Source of the DNA: the human T2T-CHM13v2.0 reference genome, Homo sapiens
Reading direction: 5' to 3' (one strand)
Assembly (NCBI RefSeq): GCF_009914755.1
Contig: NC_060935.1
Length of the DNA stretch: 64,000 nucleotides
Shown here piece by piece: positions 1-11,706 of the stretch (positions are counted from its first letter, which is position 1; each line of letters begins with the position of its first letter). The translations under genes were made by a program, and so were the position numbers. The notes below the pieces were generated by a model that saw nothing but the letters and a program-made list of their open reading frames with translations, was not told where the DNA came from and searched no databases.

Positions 1-394
1 AAAGTGCCATCAGGTTGCCATCCCCTGCTGCACTAGCCCAGGCCCCTCTGGAGAGGTGGCTTTGGCTCAGGCTCCACTTTTCTCCCCAGCATGGTATGAG
101 GCATGTGGTAGAGGTTGGGGGAGCAATGCAGGTAGGCAGGACCCAGGAGAGCCCTTTCCTGGGCCGGGGCTTCCTATTGCCCTTCCCCCACCCCCTGCCA
201 CCCTGCCCCCAATACTGGCTGGAAAAGGGGTAGGTAGGAAGAGAGAGTCCAGAATTTGGCTATTCACATCCCCAGGGCTAAGCTTGGGTGGAAGAAACAG
301 TCCCTCCAAGTTTGCTCATTGTTTTGGAAGCTGGTTTCTAAAGAGTTTCACTAAAATAGTATTTGCTTATCATTTTAATTTCTATGGTAGATCA

Positions 395-724
<330 letters not shown>

Positions 725-2597
725 TCAGAAGGTTCTAACAGAAGGGTTCAGATGTAGAATTTTTTTTTTAAAAAAAAGGTTTCTCCTTTTCTCAGGAGTA
801 GAGAGGGACAATGCTTGAGAAATACACAGTCTTACGTGTTTCCTTTAGAACCCCAGTGGCATCTTATTTATGATGAGTAGCTCCTAGCAACAACACCCTA
901 CCTCTTGGTAATCAATCGTAGTTTCATCGGCTTTGAGGTTCCCACTGGCTGTTTAGGTAAATCCTTCAGACATTAACTCCTATCAAGTACAAGCATCCGG
1001 GCTCAGGACTGTGAGAGATCAAGCTGAACACAGTGCCATACCTGCCCTTGAGAAAGTGACAGACACTCCCTAACGGTTTGGTTGGGGAGAGGCAAATTCA
1101 AATGGCCCTGGAGACTCATTTTCTCACCTGTTTTCATGGTTTAGCAACTCGCTGCCTCAGCAGATCTGAGTTAGCTTGGAGGCAAAACAGGATGCTCTAG
1201 AAGTTCCTACTAAATGGCAGCCTAGAGGTGCCCCGAATCCCCGGCTTCCACCTCAGCATTTGTAAAACAGAGTTTAAGATCCTTCTGTATCGAACTCTGC
1301 GAGATGAACCCAGCCTAGGCACATTTCTCAGCGGGACAGGGAAGCTGGGGGCTGGGATGGATGGTGGGATGGGGAAATGGGGTTGCTTACATGCTCCTCC
1401 TTCTCTGCTTGTATCCCCCTCCCCCACCCAAGTTGTATTTATACCACATGGCATTGGTAGTGTGTGTCTGTGGCCCCTGAAAGGCAGTCGCACGCATGAA
1501 GGTTAAACTCCACTTTGCCTCGGTGCTAAGTGTTTTTGGAACTGCCCATTGTCCAACTGGGCCTTCCCAGGGACAAAAGCATTCTCTCCCAGGGGGCCCT
1601 GTCACCCAAGCCCCAGTGTCAGCAATCCTGGTTGTGCTGAGGCAGCCCTCGCATTTGGGAACCCAGAAGATAAAAGGGTGGGAGGATCATGGTGGGACTG
1701 CTGGGCACTAATTCCCCCAAACAAGTGTGACACCCAAGGAAAACCCTGGGCCGCAAGACTGCCAGTGATTGGTAAAAAGGAGACCCGCCCCTGTGGAGCC
1801 CAGGAATATTCAGGAGAATTACGCTTTATGGCTGAAAACAGGGAGAAGGATAAAATTGCAGGGATGAGTGGAGATTAGGGGCTGCTACTGCTACTCACTC
1901 AGAAAAGCAGCCAGGCTGATGGGGTGACACAAAAATCTGGAATGGATTTAGCTGCTCTTATGCAGCAAAACCACAGACAAACTCACGGCTAACGGGAAGC
2001 CTGGACCAGATATAAGAGATTTATAGGCACAGTTCCAGCAGCTATACACACTAAGTTCTAGGACTTGGTTCCCTGCTCCTTCCTTAAGGGATACTTTAAA
2101 TATTTCTGAATTTGCCCAACCAATGTCTGGTTTCTTTGTTTTTGTCTGTGACATGTCTCTTGCTTTTTTGCAGCCTGTATAATTGATAGGAACCTTCTGG
2201 GTGCATGATGAGTGGATCTTCTGATAAGATACATTTAAAGTGTCCCCTGTTGGTGGCTTCTAATATGGGGCTAAGGATGTGACCAAGAATGGCCTGTAAT
2301 CCTGAAGCCTGCCAAGATTGCATCATTGAAACAATGCTTCCTACCAGGTGGAGAGAAAATGCAGTATTCTTATCCGAGACGTAATAGAGGCCAGAGTGCT
2401 GAACAACACTATCCACCAGTTCCGTAGCCCCATAGGGCTGGGGAAGCCACTGGTATATGGAACCTTACTGTACCCTGTTGAGGCTTAAACATGTCAGTGG
2501 CCACTATTCTTATAGTGTCTGATATCATGAGTGGCTGAACTAGAATTGTGCCATTAGTGGTACTTGGCATGCAGGCTTGGATAGATTAATGCTGGGG

Positions 2598-2757
2598 TTT
2601 GTTTTTTGTTTTGTTTTGTTTTGTTTTTGTTTTTAAAGACAAGGTCTGGCTCAGTTGTCTAGGCTGGTCTCTATCTCCTGGACTCAAGCGATCCTCACAC
2701 CCCAGCCTTCTGAGTAGCTAGAACTACAGGCTTGTGCCACCACATCCAGCTAATGCT
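2598..2757 (-). mobile_element. Alu monomer fragment (FLAM/AluJ-like)
   Basis: (GTTTT)n tail then ctcaagcgatcctc...gtagctagaactacagg...ccaccacatccagctaa. Confidence 0.8.
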
Positions 2758-2789
2758 TAAAAAAAAAAAGAAAAAATACTCTTTATACC

Positions 2790-3250
2790 TTTTCTACCCT
2801 TCTCCATGCCCTAGGAGGCTGATCTTTAGGTACTCCTTCACCTGGGCTTCTTTGTTATCTGGCTTCTGGAAGAGAAAGCCAGATAACAAAGAGAGAACAA
2901 TGGCAGAGAAAAGTGACATTCAGGTATTTATACATCTCCACCTCCTGGGATTTTGGTTGGGGCTGTGTTCCTCGGTGGAGACAGCTCCTGTCAGCGCCCT
3001 CTTTCCTACCTCCAGCTCACTCAGCTCTGATGATACTGTTCCCTCCCTCCAGCTGCTAGAACTGTGCCTCTTGCTTTTTCAGGGTTGGTAACGGCTTCCC
3101 TCCCCCACCCCATTACTAATCCCTGGGCACCTCACTGTCCCGCATTGGTTCCCTTATCTGGTTCATAACTCTCTTAGTATTGTCCCCACTGAATTCTGTT
3201 TAGTTATGTTCCTTTGCATGTTTTGTCTGTTTCTTGAGAGGTCTCTGACT
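2790..3250. mobile_element. Old ERVL-class LTR (LTR16-like)
   Basis: tgccctaggaggctga...ctggcttctgg...gggttggtaacggcttcc motifs resemble recalled LTR16 consensus; adjoins the ERVL pol relic. Confidence 0.5.
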
Positions 3251-3254
3251 GATA

Positions 3255-5350
3255 TCACTTGCCCTTATCCACCAAGGCAAGCAGTACTGTAACAAACTCC
3301 CCAGGAGTACATTGTACATTGTCAGAGAGCTGAACAAATGCTGACAAAATGAGAACTGCTGGTTGGGGCCAAACATTCCACTCTCTCGATGACCTCACCA
3401 CCGAATGTACTACATGAACTCCACTGCATTCCAGCTTAGAAAAGCTGACCAAAGATGAATGGGCTTCCAAGGAAGAAGAAACAATTCAGCCACCCATCTT
3501 TTTTGGGGGCTTCTTGTGCGACAGCCCAAAAAGACATTCTATCCTCTATTAAAGTCAAAGTTCTAATCTTGTGGCCACTAGCTGCTGTTGGGATGAATGC
3601 CTAACCTCTGATTGGCCTGTTTTGGAAACATCACCCTTTATACCTGGAAATTCCACAACAGGCTTTATATACCCAATAATTAACTATATTTGAGAAGGGG
3701 ACACCTATGGCAAGAAGCCTTGAAAGTGATCCAGGCATCAGTAAAGCAAACCTTGTCCTGGAGCCTCCTGTCTTATTCAGATGGAATTACAGATATCAAT
3801 GATCAATCACACAGTGATTACAGGCTTTGGAAATGAGACTCCACCTTCTTACCAAGGACAAGCCTGCAAGGACTTTCTTCTGCTGCTGTGCCTGAAACTA
3901 GCCCCTTCTGGAAAAAGAGAATGTCACTGAAAGGAAAAATGATGACTTTGCCACCTGACATTGTCACTTTGCATTGGGTCCTGTCCGAACTGAGATACCC
4001 AGAAAGTTCTGTAGCAATATGGAAATGGCACTTACAACCAATGGCACCTACAACTTGAACCTACAAGGTTCAAGTCTGGTCCCCAATACCTTAGCCAACT
4101 TCAGGAACAACAGGTGGCTGCCCACCCATTAGACATGGAGAGACCCACCTACTGTTAAACCTAAGCTGTTGGCCTATTGGGGCCTCTTTGACAAGACTTG
4201 CATCTGACAAGAAGCATGGTTCACTGTTGAAATAGCTTGTCTCTGAGATGGGCAAATTCCATGGAATACCAATGCCATAAATTGCTGAGGCTCACAACGC
4301 TTGCATGCTGAATAATTGGCCAAACTTCAGGTGCTGTTCTTGGCTGTAGAGCATACTGCTCCCAGATTGATGGAAATGAACCTTTACACAATATGTCAAT
4401 TAGGATTCTCCAAAAAACAAATGTGAAGATAGGATTAGATTCATGAGAGATATATTCGGGGGCTGGGCAGAGGGCAGGAAAGTCTTATGAAGGATAAAAG
4501 AGAGGAAGCAGGAGTAGGCAAGGAGTGCCTTCAGACCACGATGCAGGTCTGACACCTGTGAAAAGAGAAGATGAAAGAAGGCGGATTTGGCAGGGAGAGT
4601 CTCGGGTTGGACTGCAGCTCTGAGAATGTCTCAGACAGGCCAGTGGAGAGTCCTTGAGTCAAAGCTGCCTGGTAGAAAGTCCAGAGACACACAGAATTGG
4701 CCTGCACTAATCCCCTGCCATGCTCAGCCATTGGCTAGGAGCAGCCCAGGGGAGGTATGGTTTTGATGCAAAAGCATGGTGAGCCGCAGACTGGCATTGT
4801 CTGTCAACTGTGCTACCTGCAGCAGGAGATCTGAGTGGCATATTCCCATGGCCATCACACACAGAAACATCAGTAATAGCCTAGCTATTTAGTCAGGCCA
4901 TGGGCCACCTAAAGACTGAATTAATAAAGGCACATATTAATTATGTGCCTTTGGGACATAATTATGGGATCTCCCCATTGAAAAGATTATAAGTGACAAA
5001 ATCTAGAGGAAAACAGCTGCCTGAAAAGACTGATCAAGCATATATGGGCATCATGTCTACCTACCACAGCCCATTGAATCTATGCTCTAACTCACCACAG
5101 TAATGGAACCACCCAAAAGACCAGGGATACCCAACCAGGAATTCTTTCATCAACACACATAGTAGCCACTGTTACTGAAAAAGCTCATACTCTTGGCCAA
5201 CTGTGCCAGTCTGTCCATCGGTGACCTGATGATGTCTACAAGCCTAGTAGGTTTAGCTGTTTTGGGCTACAAGTTACACAGCACCATACTACCTTCTGCC
5301 TTGGCCAAACAACTAGGCACCCAGGACTTGAGGAACAGGCAGAGGAGAGT
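3255..5350 (+). mobile_element. Degenerate ERVL-type internal region (pol: RT end, connection, RNase H)
   Basis: Collinear relic motifs on +: LIGLFWKH (~3608, cf. LVGLFGFWRQH), SVAIWKWHLQ (~4008, cf. SIIKWKWYI), AWFT (~4214, cf. AWFTDG), NSLAI*SG (~4876, cf. ANGLAxWSG); many stops and frameshifts. Confidence 0.7.
4393..4860 (-). mobile_element. Solo ERVL LTR (LTR33-like) inserted into the pol relic
   Basis: tgtcaattaggattctcc...tcagaccacgatgcaggtctgac...ccattggctaggagcagcc...gccatcaca; splits the RNase H motifs. Confidence 0.65.
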
Positions 5351-5546
5351 ATAATCAGAAAGAGGACACTCTCTCCTCACACTCTTTTTTGGAATAGCAC
5401 ACAGTTGAGAGTATCCAAGTACTTTAGGGGAACAGAAACCATGCTAGGTATTTCAAAAGAGATTTAATACAAGGAATTGTTAAACATATATGGGAAGGTT
5501 GAAAGAGCAAAGGATGAATGCTGAGCTAATCCAGAAATCAAGACAG

Positions 5547-5888
5547 TGCTATGGTCTGACTGTTTGTGTCCTTCCAAACTGCATATGTTGAAATCCTAAC
5601 CCCCAAAGTGATGGTTTTGGGAGATGGGGCCTTGGACAGGTGATTAGGTCATTAACAGGATTAGTGCCCTTATAAAAGGAACTCCAGAAAGCTGCCTTGC
5701 CTCTTCTACCACGTGAGGGCACAGCTAGAAGGTACTATCTATGAACCAGGAAGTGGGCCCTCAGCAGTGAATCTGCTTGGCACCTTGATCTTGGACTTCC
5801 CAGCCTCCAGAATTGCGAGAAACAGATTTCTGTTGTTTATAAGCTATCCAGTCTACAGTATTTTGTTACAGCATCCTGAACAAAGACA
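5547..5888 (+). mobile_element. MaLR LTR (MLT1A-like)
   Basis: TGCTATGGTCTG...gttgaaatcctaaccccc...cttgatcttggacttcccagcctccagaa...aaagACA. Confidence 0.85.
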
Positions 5889-6160
5889 GACTGCCAGAAA
5901 TAGTTCTCACCATAGGGCTGTGGAAGCAAAGGGGAAAAGATCTTTGGTTATAGAACCTCAGGGCTAAAAAGAGGAGCCACCACTGGCTGGTGCTCCATGG
6001 GCTCCCTGAGGGCCTAATGCTCTGCTCTCTCAAGAGAGGTCCCATGAAGTTGGCGTTGAGATCTCTGAAAGAGGACACCTCACAGCTGGTGCTTGTATCT
6101 CATGGCAGGTAACACACAGCAGATGCTCAAAACCTTGAAGGTAGGGTTGCCAGATTTAGT

Positions 6161-6215
6161 GCACACACACACACACACAGACACAGACACACACACACAC
6201 ACACAGGCACACACA
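6161..6215 (+). repeat. Compound (CA)n microsatellite
   Basis: cacacacacacacacacagacacagacacacacac... Confidence 0.9.
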
Positions 6216-6842
6216 GGCTCACACACCACCACTGCCATCAGCATTACCACCACCAACAAAAAACAAGGGAAATAACTGAACTAAAATGGAAAAAAAACCC
6301 CAAAAAAATTAAATTTGAATTATTTGTACTTGCCTATGCATATATACTTTGAAATAAAATAAGAATACCACATAAAGCATGATAAAAATCATTCTTTATC
6401 TGAAATAACTGAAGAAGCACATAAATTACCTACCTCTTTATTTAATTATACTTCCCTGATGATTTGGCTCTCCTTAAGTTTTCTTAGTTTTGCAGAATTT
6501 GTTTATAAAATTCCTTGCATTTACTGTCTATATTGCATTTACATTGTAACAGTTTATACAGTGTTCATAGCCAACTTATTCTTTTGCCCACTGAACATTC
6601 ATTATTGAGAAAACATGCTCAACATAGCATTATGAGCTGGTATACTGAATATCTGCTGGCTGTCACTGGCTGAATTTCACAAGCTTGGGGCTATCAGTGA
6701 TTTACTGACTTTTAGATATGTGGTTATTAGAGTGAGTCTGTCACTGGTTGATTTTTCAGACCATAAGTGATCTCTAATTAATGCTGGTTACTTGTTCATG
6801 ACTTGGGACTTGGACCAAATAATCATCTTTGCCTTTCTTTCC

Positions 6843-7141
6843 TTTTTTTTTTTTTTTGAGACGAAGTCTCTCTCTGTTGCCTACACTGGAGCGCAGTGGT
6901 TTAATCTCGAGGCTCACTGCAAACTCTGCCTCCCGAGTTCAAGCGATTCTCCTGCTTCAGCCTCCTGAGTAGCCAAGATTACAGGCACTCGCCATGATGC
7001 CTGGCTAATTTTTGTATTTTTAGTAGAGACGGGGTTTCACCATGCTGGCCAGGCTGGTCTCAAACTCCTGGCCTCAGGTGATCCACCTGCCTCGGCCTCC
7101 CAAAGTGCTGGGATTACAGACATGAGCCACTGCACCCTGCC
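6843..7141 (-). mobile_element. Alu (AluS)
   Basis: poly-T then full dimer reverse complement ending ...gagccactgcaccctgcc. Confidence 0.95.
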
Positions 7142-7949
7142 TCATCTTTTCCTTCCTTGAATATGAAAAATCAGTACTTTTTCCTCTGAATCCCCACTTT
7201 TGGTCTACTCTCAGCCAAATCTGCAGTAGAGACCATATGGACTTTATTTGCAGAGGTATGGGTTTTAGTTATGTTGCGTTTAGGTTACTTAAGATTTAAC
7301 TACTATGGCAGAAAAGTAGCTCTAACTGGCAATATTTTGTTGTTTACTGAAAGATATGAATAGAGGGCATTTAGGGCATCCTGACAAAGTCAACACAGGA
7401 TACAGGACACAATCAGTAAATACAGGACATGTCCTATGAAGAGAGGACCTACTTGAAGAGGGTGCCTCTTTTTTGGTACTTGGACCTTTGATATGGGACA
7501 ACCTCATACCTAATGCTTTGGATACTGAAAGGGGACTCTGGGGCTGGGGTTCAGAATGCCTGAGGACCTTCAGAGGAAGGCCTGCAGAAGCTGAAAAACA
7601 GCGAGAGAATCCTCCTCGCTCCCTGCTTTCCATTCTTCTATGAGTACCTCCCAGTATCTAAAAGCAACTCAGCTTGTTAAAGCATCAGGGAAATGTAGTG
7701 TTCAGCCTTCCAGGCCCCACATCACTGAGATTATGCAAGGGTAGGCCCAAGCTAAGACACAAGAAATAATTAATTAACACAAGCAACAATACCCTCCTCC
7801 CATTTAGACTTCAGGGAATGGATGGAGAGTTCTCATAACTCAGATCGAGGACACCTTGATGAACATGGACGCTGACTTTGCTTTGGATAGCTCCCATGGT
7901 GCCTTATTCCTTATATCACTCAGTTTTTTTTTTTTTTTTGCCAAAAAGA

Positions 7950-8700
7950 AAAAGACAGCTTTATTCAATAAATGGTATATGGAAAACTGAATTTTGGCAA
8001 ACAGAAAAATAAAATTGGACCCTTATTTCAACACTATATACCAAAGTCAATTCAAAATGGATTAAAAACATAAAGATTCCTGTATTAGTTTGCTCAGGAA
8101 AATTGTCAACAAGAAAAAGAAAGAGAGAGAGAGAGAAAAGAGAAGAGAAGAGAAGAAAAGAAAAGAAAAGAAAAGAAAAGAAAAAAGACTTAAACATAAG
8201 ACCAAGAACCCTAAAACTACTTGAAGAAAACATAGGGGGGTCAGATGACAGCTGAAAGAAGGAAGGAAGGAAGGAAAGAAAGAGAAAGGAAAGAAAGAAA
8301 ACATAGGGGAAACATACAAGACATTGGTATGGGTAATGATATTTTGGATTTGATCCCAAAAGGACGACAAAATTAAATATAGACAAATGGTATTACATCA
8401 AACTAAAGAGCTTCTTAGTTCATGATGTGTAGCTAAAACAAACTAAAAAGCTTCTGCACAGCAAAGGAAACAATCACCAGAGTAAAGAGACAACCTATGG
8501 AATGGGAGAAAATATTTGCAAGCCAGACATCTGACAAGGGGTTAATATCCAATACATATAAGGAACTCAAACAACTCAATAGCAATGAAACAAACAAACA
8601 AAAAAGCAATTAAGGCCTGCTTTCTGCTGACCAAGTCTTCTTCCTTACCCCTCCCTAATAAGAAGGAAGAAAAAAGGCAATTAAAAAAATGGGTAACTCC
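7950..8700 (+). mobile_element. Old L1 ORF2 fragment with polypurine expansions, inside the SPIC retrocopy 3' UTR
   Basis: aattcaaaatggattaaa..., aagcttctgcacagcaaaggaaacaatc..., atgggagaaaatatttgca; (GAAAA)n and (GGAA)n tracts. Confidence 0.85.
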
Positions 8701-8742
8701 TCCTTAATATAGTGGTAAAATTTAAACATTAAAAAAGTTTTG

Positions 8743-8961
8743 GGGCCAGCTCGGTGGCTCACACCTGTAATCCCAGCACTTTTGAAGGCCAAGGTGGGCA
8801 GATCGCCTGAGCCCAGGAGTTAGAGACCAGCCTGGGCAACACGGCAAAACAATCTCTACAAAAAAAAAAAAAAAAAATTAGCTGGGCTTCAGCCATGTTT
8901 GTGTCACTGCACTTGAGCATGGGTGACAGAGTGAGACCTTGTCTCACAAAAAAAAAAAAAA
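8743..8961 (+). mobile_element. AluJ-like with right-arm deletion, inside the SPIC retrocopy
   Basis: Left arm intact; right arm jumps from gctgggc to ...agccatgtttgtgtcactgcac. Confidence 0.85.
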
Positions 8962-9504
8962 GCTTTAAGTTGTAAAAATGGGTAAGATAAAAGAGAAGGA
9001 AAGAAAAAAATGTGTAAGGAACCTGAATAGACATTTCTAGTGATGTTTTTAAAGCCATGAACCCATTTTGGCACAAAGGCTTTATCATATGCAGTCATTG
9101 ACAAAATTTTTTTGTAAAGCCATCAGATATAAAGGTGTGAATTTTCTCACCTGAGTACATGACAAGAAAACGCTGAAATCAATATATAAATAAAATCATC
9201 TGTACTGGCACTGTTAATCTAGAAGAAGGTGGTTGCATAGAGAATAACAAAAATTTAGATCAGCTTATTGAAGTGGGAAAAGAAAAAAGAGCTTCAGAGG
9301 TAGGCTTTGCCTCTTAAAAAAATTAAAAATATAAGTCACTGTCAGTGTTGAGCTTGGGAGTTAGTAGCCAAAAACAAACAAACAAACAAACAAAAAGAAG
9401 TCATCGTCTGTGAAAAGAAAAGAAGAAAAAAGAAAAAGACTTTGCATCCATTGAAGTATGCAGAAAAAGAAAACAATTTTTAAAATAAAATAAAGTGGGT
9501 ATAG

Positions 9505-9720
9505 TTGGGAGCTTAGCCATGGACATACAGAATGGAGTAATAGACCCTGGAGGCTCCAAAAGGTGGGAGGATGGCAGAGGGATGAGGGATGAAATCCTAC
9601 CTATTGGGTACAATGTTCACTATTCTGGTGATGAGGATGCTACACAATATACTTCACCACTATGCAATATATCAAAGCAACAAAACTGCACTTGTACTCC
9701 TAAATCCATAAAAATAAAAG
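9505..9720 (+). mobile_element. L1MA/L1PB-type 3' end
   Basis: atggacatacagaatggagtaatagac...gggatgagggatgaaa...ctattgggtacaatgttcactatt...aactgcacttgtac. Confidence 0.8.
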
Positions 9721-10099
9721 ATTATCTTGGCTGACACCTCTTTAAAAATAATAAAATAAAAAAATAAAAATTTTAAAAGAGAATAGTAAGAGCAGAGCAA
9801 GGACATTTAGTCTATACTTTCAAATGTGCTTGATCATTTGAAACAATAAAGTTGTTCACTGAATCTTCACAAAGTATTATAAAAAAGTTGTTCATTGGCA
9901 GAATTTCCCAACAAGTTAGTATAGATTACATGCTCTTTGATAAAAGCAACAATATAGTTAATTTTTTTCCTCTTTAGTATTTGCTTTAAGAGAAAAATCC
10001 TAAATTTCTTCAGAGGAGGGAAAAAAGAGAGAGAGAGAGAAATCCTTAAGACTTGTAGGGATTTTTGATTACAGTAAACCATGAAATATGAGAGTATAT

Positions 10100-10844
10100 T
10101 TAGCAATCACGGTGATTTAGCTCATGGTAATTGGCATATGTATAATTATAATTTGCATTACAGTTATTTAAACTGAGATATTCTTGATCAGGTTGAACAC
10201 ATTGTGAGTAGAAGATCTCTTTCCCCAGGAAATAGGATGGAGAGAGTCTTTGGAGAATGGCCTCACTGAAATGCTAAGTCAGCTTCCTCCAGATTTTGGT
10301 AATTTCCCCACTTCCTCTGTAATTTCTCAGTGCCCTGGCCATTTTCTGGTAAGTCATGGTCTCCTTGTTGCCTTTTGTTTTCCCCCAGAGCTCGGCAAGT
10401 TTTTCTTTGTTTTTTGATACAAACTGAAAGATGCCTTTGGTTATATCTACCCACTGAAAACAAGATGCCATCTCTGGATTACACAGGGATTCGTGAAGGT
10501 ATTCAAACAGTCAGAGCTTCTTCCTGCCTTTTCCCCTTTTGCTGGAGAACAGTGGGTTGTACCAGCTGGTTTTCAGTTATGTTCTGCAGAGATTGATGAA
10601 TATTTCCTTCAAAATAGAAGTCCGCAGCACTGTTAATTACCATTCTCCAATTATAGACAGGCTCCTCTGTAGGCAACACTCCATAGCAGCTGGAATTTCC
10701 TTTGACATGAGGACGATGGTTGATTAAAGCCAGGTAATTTTTGTAATCTGGCGAGTACTGAAGATCTCCAGTTGAATGTTGCCTCAGAACCTCAAAAGCA
10801 TCCTCAAATGCTTGACCCAGCTTCTCTTGTTCAACACATGTCAT
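10100..10844 (-). pseudogene. SPIC: Processed pseudogene of SPIC (Spi-C ETS transcription factor), disabled CDS
   Basis: Intronless [34 protein letters not shown]... and ETS domain ...[25 protein letters not shown]...[13 protein letters not shown]... ending ELNHRDC*. Span is 745 nt against 747 for a 248-aa SPIC, matching a 2-nt deletion in the G-run near 10535. In-frame stops at 10511-10513 (TGA) and 10274-10276 (TAG). Confidence 0.96.
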
Positions 10845-11321
10845 ATTTTATTAATAAATTGACAATTCTGTTCCTTAGCAATTGTTGCAGGAAGACACTT
10901 CAACCCTTTATAGAGATGTTTCATTAATATCAGAATGGTAAATTCAACGGTAGGCTATCATGAAAATAAAAAATTATTTTCCAGTGCAATGGCTCTGTCC
11001 ATCAGTGTCCAAAGCAGCATCCACTTGTACACAGTGGAAATAACCTTCCCGTCTCCTGAAACACATGTCTGCCTCTCCCATATCACTCAGTTTTTGAAGT
11101 GGGCTTTGTGAAACAGTGGAAGTTATCAGTGGTTAACCCACAGTTTGTGTGTGGGTTAACCTTGCAATCAAGGCTTTCTTTATAATAAATGTACCTTGAC
11201 TCTTTCCGTTACCACCCCCCTTCATCTTATTTCCTTTTATTCAGGCTATCAGAACAGCTTCCTGATTACTCTCTTTCAATTACAGGCTGACATTTGTCTA
11301 TTTGTTAAAAAATGTACATGT

Positions 11322-11706
11322 CATATACACCATGGAATACTATGCAGCCATAAAAAGGAATGAGATCATGTCCTTTGCAGGGACATGGATGAAGCTGGAA
11401 ACCATCATCCTCAGCAAACACAGGAACAGAAAACCAAAAACTGCATGTTCTCACTTATAGGTGGGAGTTGAATGATGAGAATACATGGACACAGGGAGGG
11501 GAACATCACACACCAGGGCCTGTTGCAGGGTCGGGGAGAGGGGAGGGAGAGCATTAGGACAAATAGCTAATGTATGCAGGGCTTAAAACCTTGATGATGG
11601 GTTGATAGGTGTGGCAAACCCACCATGGCACACGTATACCTATGTAACAAACCTGCATGTTGTGCACTTTTATCCTAGAACTTAAAGTAAAATAAAAAGA
11701 AAAAGA
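11322..11706 (+). mobile_element. 5'-truncated L1PA 3' end
   Basis: catggaatactatgcagccataaaaaggaatgagatcatgtcctttgcagggacatggatg...aaacctgcatgttgtgcac; A tail; TSD-like aaaaaa(tg)tacatgtc on both sides. Confidence 0.93.

Larger units (their letters stand above)
7924..11079 (-). pseudogene. Full extent of SPIC retrocopy: 5' leader, CDS, long 3' UTR and poly(A)
   Basis: 16-bp TSD atatcactcagttttt at 7913-7928 and 11080-11095; poly-T 7924-7939; minus-strand AATAAA at 7959-7964. Confidence 0.88.

Noticed and set aside
10100-10844. Functional SPIC gene
   Set aside because: Intronless, frameshifted, two in-frame stops, with poly(A) and TSD: a processed pseudogene.
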